Below are positions 36,084-42,297 of a stretch of DNA of 42,297 nucleotides, in pieces; the stretch's first letter is position 1, and each line of letters begins with the position of its first letter. Where the stretch lies: positions 1 through 42,297 of IMG/VR virus record IMGVR_UViG_3300032212_000039; one strand, 5' to 3'. Source of the stretch: a virus. Its lineage: Duplodnaviria; Caudoviricetes. The notes beneath the pieces are model-generated. The model was not told the DNA's origin and did no database searches. It was given only the letters and a program-made list of their open reading frames with translations. The position numbers and the translations under genes were made by a program.

Positions 36084-36990
36084 AGATTTAAGGATTCACG
36101 CGTCCGCCAGTTGCAAACTAATGGCCGGTGACAACCAGCTAACGGAAAAGCAATTCGAGGAAATGAAAAGCCTCGAATCCAGGCTGCAACTATCGATAAT
36201 CGGACAAGCTAAACCGCTAACTGAAAAAATGGCGGACAAGCTGACCGACTTACAAGAACGCGCCGCCGCTCCGCTGGAGCTAGGCAAAAGCGCTAAGACG
36301 ATGGTAACGGACATCTGGAGATATAAGGAAAAGGGATTCCGGATCCAAGTTTTCGACGATAAGCTTACAAAGGGGACTGTCACCGAATTGGATTGCATTG
36401 ATCTAATGGATGAGGTTTACCCAGAGGATCAGATCAGAGAAAAGAACACAGTCCGCAAGACTAACGACTGGTTAACCGGCGAATGTGACGTCGAACTGGC
36501 AAAGATCAAGGCGAAACGGATTGAGGACATGAAATCGACCTGGAGCTTGCCACAATTCATGGACAAGGACACACCAAGCGAAGAATATTATTCCCAGGGG
36601 CAATCCTATATGGATCTCTATGGGTACGACGAATTCTGGCTTTGTTATTGCCTGGTCAATACTCCAGAGTTTATTATCCGCCGCCTTCAATGGAAACTGT
36701 TTTATCAATTTCGAATGAATCAGCTCGATAAATTTGATGAGTTGCTTTTGAAAAATACCAGATTCCAAGAAGCTTGCGAACAGATCGCAAAAAATCACAC
36801 TTACGATCATTTGGAACCGGCGGAAAGGATCCGAATTTTCAAGTTTGAGCGCAACGACGACTACATCAAAGAGCTTCACTATCGCGCTGACTGGTGCAAA
36901 GATTACTACGATAGCATATCAATGACAAGGCCACCGTCGATCGTCCCTCCAGAGTCGTTTAAGCGGACGTATATGTATAAACAGCAATGA
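36073..36990 (+). CDS. YqaJ/lambda-exonuclease-like PD-(D/E)XK nuclease
   Basis: KG...E, LTGECD, D.K..WS, YY.Q.Q.YM.L motifs. Confidence 0.8.
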   Translation: MKGKDLRIHASASCKLMAGDNQLTEKQFEEMKSLESRLQLSIIGQAKPLTEKMADKLTDLQERAAAPLELGKSAKTMVTDIWRYKEKGFRIQVFDDKLTKGTVTELDCIDLMDEVYPEDQIREKNTVRKTNDWLTGECDVELAKIKAKRIEDMKSTWSLPQFMDKDTPSEEYYSQGQSYMDLYGYDEFWLCYCLVNTPEFIIRRLQWKLFYQFRMNQLDKFDELLLKNTRFQEACEQIAKNHTYDHLEPAERIRIFKFERNDDYIKELHYRADWCKDYYDSISMTRPPSIVPPESFKRTYMYKQQ

Positions 36991-37017
36991 TTTTTAACCA
37001 CTAACAGTTTATAACCC

Positions 37018-37386
37018 ATGAGAGTAGCAACAATTCTTACTTTTTTATTCCTTTCATTCCAGGCTATCGGCCAGGATACTTTAAATGATTTGAGTTTCGA
37101 ACAGACTAACGATTTTATCAAGGTCGAAATGAAAACACCATACCAATGGGGAAACCTGGAAGTGTGGGACCATGACGGACACTTAATTTTCACGGCCACA
37201 TTGAATCCCAAAGGTCGACAGCCGCTCATGTACTTATTACCAAAAGCAGCGCTGGCCAAAACCGGAGCTTTAGAGGTTTCGGTATATGTGACCAGGTTAC
37301 ATAAAGGGATGGTATTTAGAGACAATATCAATCAAATAGACGTAACCGGTCGAAACCTGGTAAGACTTCGACCTCCAGGAAAATAA
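37018..37386 (+). CDS. Exported small beta-sandwich protein (T9SS-CTD-like)
   Basis: Signal peptide AIG|Q; NDFIKVE...LEVWD..GHLI pattern. Confidence 0.55.
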   Translation: MRVATILTFLFLSFQAIGQDTLNDLSFEQTNDFIKVEMKTPYQWGNLEVWDHDGHLIFTATLNPKGRQPLMYLLPKAALAKTGALEVSVYVTRLHKGMVFRDNINQIDVTGRNLVRLRPPGK

Positions 37387-37409
37387 TTTCATTCACAAAA
37401 TCAAATACT

Positions 37410-37712
37410 ATGCCTCTGCAAATGAAAGATCCAGGCGTAACAGAAAAAGCCCACTTTTTAACCTTGTATTCCAACTATCAAAAAGGATACTGGATCGAGG
37501 TAAATTTCGAGCAATTAGCACAACGCGCAGGATCGCGGGAAATGCTGTTATCCTGGTTTATTTGGAACGGGATTAAGTTTATATACCTTCCATTCAATTT
37601 CCCAACTAAGGACGGAGAGCTGGTCAATGCTGGAGACTTCGCGACGGTCGGGATGTCTCGATCGCGGTTGGTTGTCGGTAATGGGATAAAGCTAATTCCT
37701 GAGAACAAATAG
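37410..37712 (+). CDS. Hypothetical protein
   Basis: 100-aa ORF with A-rich leader. Confidence 0.65.
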   Translation: MPLQMKDPGVTEKAHFLTLYSNYQKGYWIEVNFEQLAQRAGSREMLLSWFIWNGIKFIYLPFNFPTKDGELVNAGDFATVGMSRSRLVVGNGIKLIPENK

Positions 37713-37743
37713 TATTTTTTATACTAAAAAAAATGAATACGAA

Positions 37744-37884
37744 ATGGACTGGATAGATATTTCTAAACTCTCAATTGAGAACGGAAACGAATTTTATTTT
37801 TTAGTGGATGGAAAAACAAAGCGAGGTACTTATTCGCAGTTTCCGAACGCCACGAAGTTCGCAACATTGGATGTTATATTTTAA
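37744..37884 (+). CDS. 46-aa hypothetical protein (not in the ORF track)
   Basis: MDWIDISKLSIENGNEFYFLVDGK... Confidence 0.45.
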   Translation: MDWIDISKLSIENGNEFYFLVDGKTKRGTYSQFPNATKFATLDVIF

Positions 37885-37939
37885 TGTCGTAGAACACCAC
37901 AATAAACGACCATTTTTCAACCTATCTAAAACCAGTAAA

Positions 37940-38215
37940 ATGATTATCGACGAAAACTATTTTATAACATTTGACACTCACAACGTCACGTTGAATTATC
38001 AGAAAGTGAGTGACCAACTCAACAAAAAAGGCGAGAATGTAGTCACCAAAAGATCGAGCCATCACGGATCGGTTAGACAGGCTTTAATCGCCTTTTTGAA
38101 TTCAGCCGTCAAAGATGAACGGGATTGTACAGATGTAATCGACCTGTTGGCCCGTATGGATACCATAGAGGATAAGATTAACAAATTCATAGCCCAACAT
38201 TCAACGGAAAAATAA
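37940..38215 (+). CDS. Hypothetical protein
   Basis: Start moved to ATG 37940 behind the AACCTATCTAAAA leader. Confidence 0.65.
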   Translation: MIIDENYFITFDTHNVTLNYQKVSDQLNKKGENVVTKRSSHHGSVRQALIAFLNSAVKDERDCTDVIDLLARMDTIEDKINKFIAQHSTEK

Positions 38216-38261
38216 AAGTCGCTTAAAAGGGCTTAAAAATAGTGTTGGATTTAGTTTGGTC

Positions 38262-38298
38262 GGGGGATTCTTAAAGGCAGGATCCCCCACTTTTTTTT
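38262..38298 (+). terminator. Rho-independent terminator
   Basis: GGGGGATTCT...AGGATCCCCC followed by T8. Confidence 0.8.
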
Positions 38299-38376
38299 AT
38301 TCCTATGAAACATTAAGAAATAAGCAACGTAGAATAAAGCGTTGTTGTAGATTTCCATACTATTCGATTTGCTTTC

Positions 38377-38411
38377 GAGCTGTGCACTCAATTTGCACAG
38401 CTCTTTTTTTT
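38377..38411 (+). terminator. Rho-independent terminator (second of a tandem pair)
   Basis: GAGCTGTGCA...TGCACAGCTC followed by T8. Confidence 0.85.
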
Positions 38412-38430
38412 CTTGAAAAGATTTAAAGCC

Positions 38431-39300
38431 ATGAATAAAAACACAAATACTTTAAAAGCGAGTGGATCCGGCTTCACGGTTGTAGAAAACCAGCTTATCC
38501 AGGATCCCGAAATCCATCCTTTAGCAAAATTCCTTTATGTGTGGATGTTTAGTAAGATATGGGTACCAGATTTTGTTTTCTGGCGCTCGACATTACTCCA
38601 GGTCTTACACTTGAAGGACCATAGAGTCCTAAATAGGCATATTAAGCAGTTGATCGATAACGGTTGGTTGCATAGAGAGGAACGGCGCGAATCTGGAAGG
38701 TTTAAAGGCTGGAATTATACGATTAACCAGGTGCCTTTTCATCATCAAAGTACCGGAGTGCGTAAAACGTCACACGGTAACACCTCACCGGAGTGCGTTT
38801 CACCCGTCACGGTTAAAACGCACCCCTTAATAAGTAAAGACTATATAATAAGTAAAGACTTAAATAAAAGTAATACTAAAGTATTACCAAAAAAGTCGAC
38901 TATTAAGTCAGTATTCCCACCAACGACAGAACAGGAAGAAAGGGATTTCAAAAACGCGGTTTATTTACATGCCCTTCCTAAGATCCAGGAGCTAGTCGGA
39001 AAGGATATCGATCCAAAAGCACACGCCAAAGATTTTGCAGCGCAATTTTTTGACCATTACAAGGAATCAAATTGGAGAAAAAACAATGGCAAGAAATTAA
39101 AGACCTGGAAATCGGCTGCTAGTGGTTGGATCACGAGATCCGCCAAAAACGACGAATACCTGGTACATGCTGTTTCCTCCAAAGAATTCAAACAAAAGCA
39201 AAAAACAGGGAAGCAAAGAACATTTAATAATCAACCACCGGTTGCGACGGTATACGATAGATCTATCCGCCGAGTAGCTGATAAAGACGATAAGCAATGA
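38431..39300 (+). CDS. Replication initiator (N-terminal wHTH)
   Basis: FTVVEN..I.D...AK.LY; QLIDNGWL; C-terminal FFDHY...W....K.WK.A..GW; upstream of DnaB. Confidence 0.8.
   Translation: MNKNTNTLKASGSGFTVVENQLIQDPEIHPLAKFLYVWMFSKIWVPDFVFWRSTLLQVLHLKDHRVLNRHIKQLIDNGWLHREERRESGRFKGWNYTINQVPFHHQSTGVRKTSHGNTSPECVSPVTVKTHPLISKDYIISKDLNKSNTKVLPKKSTIKSVFPPTTEQEERDFKNAVYLHALPKIQELVGKDIDPKAHAKDFAAQFFDHYKESNWRKNNGKKLKTWKSAASGWITRSAKNDEYLVHAVSSKEFKQKQKTGKQRTFNNQPPVATVYDRSIRRVADKDDKQ
38752..38886. repeat. Iteron-like repeats, probable origin inside the initiator gene
   Basis: ACCGGAGTGCGT twice (38752, 38787); AATAAGTAAAGACT twice (38829, 38847); TAATAC/GTATTA inverted repeat. Confidence 0.6.
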
Positions 39301-40769
39301 GCTATAATAAAAATGCAGCATTAGAATTGACGAATATTAAATCCCCGTCCGCCGTACCGATTGAAGAAGCTATTTTGGGTAGTTGTATGATGGATAGAGA
39401 ATGTATAGCATTGGTGATATCTATACTACCAGTCGAAGCTTTCTATTTAGATAGTCACAAATTTATATTTGAATCAATCATTGATTTATTTAGTCAATCA
39501 TTGCCGGTCGATTTATTAACAGTTACTAAAACCCTCCAGAGTTCTGGAAAACTGGAGAGCATAGGGGGGCCGGTTTATATTGTAGAACTAACGAACAAGG
39601 TTTCCAGCTCCGCCAATATTGAATACCATTGTCGAATTGTTAAACAGGAATGGATTAAGCGACATACAATGGTCGTTGGACATGGATTATACACCCAGGC
39701 GCAAGACCCAACGACGGACCCATTTGACTTAGTGGAATATGCGGAAAAGGGGATTTTTGAATTATCCCAGGGATTCAATAAGAGAGAACCGGTAAAACTT
39801 AGCCTGGCATTGAGTAAGGAGGTAAGACGCCAGGAGGAAATAAGCGGACAGCCCGACGGAATAATCGGATTATCTACTGGATTTAGAGATTTGGACAAAG
39901 TGCTCCGAGGCTTACGGGCACCAGATTTAATGATATTAGCAGCCCGTCCAGGAATGGGAAAAACGGCGCTAATGTTAGCCCTTAGTAAGTTTATAGCCGA
40001 AAACGGTAATCCAGCGGCGGTTTTTTCGCTGGAAATGTCAGTGGAACAATTGACACAGCGAATCATTGCGATGGATACTGAGCTACCAGGTTACAAAATT
40101 GAGAATCCCCACCGGCGATCGGAACATGAAAACCAGGTATATTTTGATTCGGTTCAAAGATTGGAAAATCTCCCATTATTCATCGACGACGAACCAGGTA
40201 TAAACATTACCCAACTTCGGAGCAAATGTCGCCGACTAAAGCAGGAGCACGATATCGGGTTTATTGTAGTTGATTATTTGCAATTGATGTCGGGCACCAA
40301 TAGCGGCGGATCTGGAAGGAATCGAGAACAGGAAATATCTGAGATCTCCAGGGGATTGAAAATGTTAGCTAAGGAATTGCACATGCCAGTTTTGGCTTTA
40401 TCGCAGCTTTCAAGAGCCGTAGAGCAAAGAGGAGGAACAAAACGACCTCAATTGAGTGACTTACGAGAAAGTGGTTCTATCGAGCAGGACGCCGATATCG
40501 TTTCCTTTATCTACCGGCCAGAATATTACAAAATAATGGAGGACGCCGACGGAACATCGACCAGGGGACTAGCGGAGATTATAATCGCCAAAAACCGGCG
40601 CGGTGCCGTAACGGACGTAGATCTTCATTTTCGGGCGGAGTGCACAAAATTCACCGATCGAGATTCGGTCGATTTCATATTTGATGAACTCGCACAAACG
40701 GCCGTCGATTATCAAAAGATGGCGAACGTATCTCCACCGGATGATGATGAGGAGAATTTACCATTCTGA
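39297..40769 (+). CDS. dnaB: Replicative DNA helicase
   Basis: AARPGMGKT, FSLEMS, VDYLQLM, LSQLSR, SDLRESGSIEQDAD. Confidence 0.97.
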   Translation: MSYNKNAALELTNIKSPSAVPIEEAILGSCMMDRECIALVISILPVEAFYLDSHKFIFESIIDLFSQSLPVDLLTVTKTLQSSGKLESIGGPVYIVELTNKVSSSANIEYHCRIVKQEWIKRHTMVVGHGLYTQAQDPTTDPFDLVEYAEKGIFELSQGFNKREPVKLSLALSKEVRRQEEISGQPDGIIGLSTGFRDLDKVLRGLRAPDLMILAARPGMGKTALMLALSKFIAENGNPAAVFSLEMSVEQLTQRIIAMDTELPGYKIENPHRRSEHENQVYFDSVQRLENLPLFIDDEPGINITQLRSKCRRLKQEHDIGFIVVDYLQLMSGTNSGGSGRNREQEISEISRGLKMLAKELHMPVLALSQLSRAVEQRGGTKRPQLSDLRESGSIEQDADIVSFIYRPEYYKIMEDADGTSTRGLAEIIIAKNRRGAVTDVDLHFRAECTKFTDRDSVDFIFDELAQTAVDYQKMANVSPPDDDEENLPF

Positions 40770-40791
40770 TTTTTTAACCAAATTTCAATAT

Positions 40792-41181
40792 ATGTCAAGT
40801 AGATTTAGAGAGGAACGCAAAGTTGAAAAAGATCGAATTACTATGGATCTAGCGGTCGGGGATAAAAAACACCCTTTAAGCGCCGACCAGACGCTATCCT
40901 ACAAAGGCGGCGGCGCGACGATCTCGATCAGTCTAAAGATTGTGACGAAACACATTTCTTTCGATCAAGCAGAGGCGGACGCGGCTATCGGACAGATACA
41001 GGAATTAGTCGCCGCCGCTTACGAGAAGGCCAGACAAGATCTGGAAGATACTTTGAACCAGATCCGAAAAGACAAGCACCCAGGGCAAGTCGAAATGTTC
41101 ACAGATGGGGAAAAAGCACCGAGTAAGAAGGGAAGCGTATCGAAAAAAGGAAAAGCAAAAGTCGTAACCGAAACGGCATAA
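40792..41181 (+). CDS. Hypothetical protein
   Basis: Start moved to ATG 40792 after the dnaB stop. Confidence 0.7.
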   Translation: MSSRFREERKVEKDRITMDLAVGDKKHPLSADQTLSYKGGGATISISLKIVTKHISFDQAEADAAIGQIQELVAAAYEKARQDLEDTLNQIRKDKHPGQVEMFTDGEKAPSKKGSVSKKGKAKVVTETA

Positions 41182-41208
41182 CTCTAACCTGGAGGATCTG
41201 CCGGTCTG

Positions 41209-41496
41209 GTGGATCCTCAATTCTCAAAAAAGATGATAGTACTACGGTTTTTTAATGGCCAATCAATTCGAGCAGTTATCGTCGAGCATTGCTATGATTT
41301 AGATCTATCGCATTCGCGGTCGGTGGTATGCAAAGATCACTTTGCTTTGAATGGTCGAGACTGGCAGATAATTAAACAGTCCCTTGGAAACCTCCAGGAG
41401 CAATTAGCCGTACTTAATGAATGCCTGGAGGTCGATTTATTAGAATTTCTTTTACAAACTTCAAAATACCCTTTAGATGTTATTAACAATGTCTAG
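41209..41496 (+). CDS. Hypothetical protein
   Basis: 95-aa ORF. Confidence 0.55.
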   Translation: MDPQFSKKMIVLRFFNGQSIRAVIVEHCYDLDLSHSRSVVCKDHFALNGRDWQIIKQSLGNLQEQLAVLNECLEVDLLEFLLQTSKYPLDVINNV

Positions 41497-42091
41497 TGTT
41501 TTTCCCCATAGCGGGAACGCGACACATTTTAAACAGATGATTGCACAGCCAACCGAATTGGATTCGAAAAATCATTCAATTCGAGCGCTAACACATGGAA
41601 CGAAACGCCGCTGGCGACCAGGAATGAAAATACATTTCTGGATGGGGAATCCCAGGAATAAAAAGGGGCGTCCTTGGATCCATGACTTCACTCCAGATTA
41701 CAAAGCGTTTCACGGCGAGGATCCGATCGTCCAAGCAACTGAGGATGTCGCGATATATACCTCTAGGCATAACGAAAAGACGTGTAGGGCTGTCGTTTAC
41801 ATCGGGAAAAGGATCGAGGTAACAGCTTTTAGAGACTTCAACCAGGAAGGACCAGACCTGGCAACCGGAAACATCCCAATGATCAGCCGACTAGCTAAAA
41901 ACGACGGGTTTAAGACGGTAGATGATTTCCTATCCTATTTCCATTACCGAAACCACAAAGGACTAACGACTTTATTTAAAGGTCAAATTATCCACTGGAC
42001 AAAAGGCTTATTATATGACAAAAGGAAAGCGCAAACGATCGAAGATCCAAAACAAAAGTGGGATACTTTCGCGAGTCTTTTATCCCGCTAA
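41489..42091 (+). CDS. ASCH/PUA-like domain protein
   Basis: K.HSIR...RWRPGMKIHF..G.R; LAKNDGF....DF..YF; F.GQIIHW. Confidence 0.75.
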   Translation: MSSVFPHSGNATHFKQMIAQPTELDSKNHSIRALTHGTKRRWRPGMKIHFWMGNPRNKKGRPWIHDFTPDYKAFHGEDPIVQATEDVAIYTSRHNEKTCRAVVYIGKRIEVTAFRDFNQEGPDLATGNIPMISRLAKNDGFKTVDDFLSYFHYRNHKGLTTLFKGQIIHWTKGLLYDKRKAQTIEDPKQKWDTFASLLSR

Positions 42092-42297
42092 ATCCGGAAA
42101 CGGTACTATAGCAACCCAGGATTTATACCTCCTTATCAATATCCCATTTATTTGGATTGTGAAAATCGGGATATCTGGAGACGGAAAAAAACGGGCCAAA
42201 GATATCGATAAGTCAGCGGTCGGGATTGATATCCTGGTTTGCAAATTACGATTCCCATTCGCTTACCATACGGAGCAATTGATCCATTCCGTTTGCC
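42015..42297 (+). CDS. 5' part of the junction-spanning T5orf172-like membrane protein
   Basis: ATG 42015, open to the end of the window, in frame with 1-465. Confidence 0.7.
   Translation, partial: MTKGKRKRSKIQNKSGILSRVFYPAKSGNGTIATQDLYLLINIPFIWIVKIGISGDGKKRAKDIDKSAVGIDILVCKLRFPFAYHTEQLIHSVC
42171..42297. repeat. Terminal direct repeat, copy 2
   Basis: Identical to 1-127. Confidence 0.95.

Noticed and set aside
485-41770. Minus-strand ORFs in the track (e.g. 29250-29726, 32540-33082, 39575-40066)
   Set aside because: All shadow well-supported + strand genes and lack motifs or leaders.
1-42297. Stop-codon reassignment (as in some crAss-like phages)
   Set aside because: Core genes are full length in code 11, and TAG and TGA end genes at sensible boundaries; no suppressor tRNA.

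Overview
This is an apparently complete, circular ~42,170-bp double-stranded DNA siphovirus-like phage genome. Positions 1-127 repeat at 42171-42297, and one ORF reads across that join. All credible genes are on the + strand. The host is probably Bacteroidota, based on TAnnTTTG -7 promoters, A-rich leaders without Shine-Dalgarno sequences, and signal peptides cleaved before Gln. Modules in order: small accessory genes and RusA (0.4-6.8 kb); TerS/TerL; tail tube, portal, scaffold, major capsid, neck, TAC, tape measure and tail (order and sequences recall Bacteroides phage B40-8/B124-14-like siphoviruses, from memory only); a block of exported proteins (signal-peptide tail spike, lipoprotein, S8 protease) with no recognisable endolysin; an HTH/membrane cassette with a 12-bp-periodic repeat array between 25-bp inverted repeats; and a RecT-like/exonuclease/initiator/DnaB replication module. 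No integrase, polymerase or methyltransferase was recognised. The strongest new signal is a set of 7-8 short U/G-rich segments, each just upstream of a terminator hairpin. They are antisense to the translation-initiation regions of the phage's own genes, including a shared CCTATCA leader motif, which suggests a genome-wide antisense sRNA/3'-UTR network.
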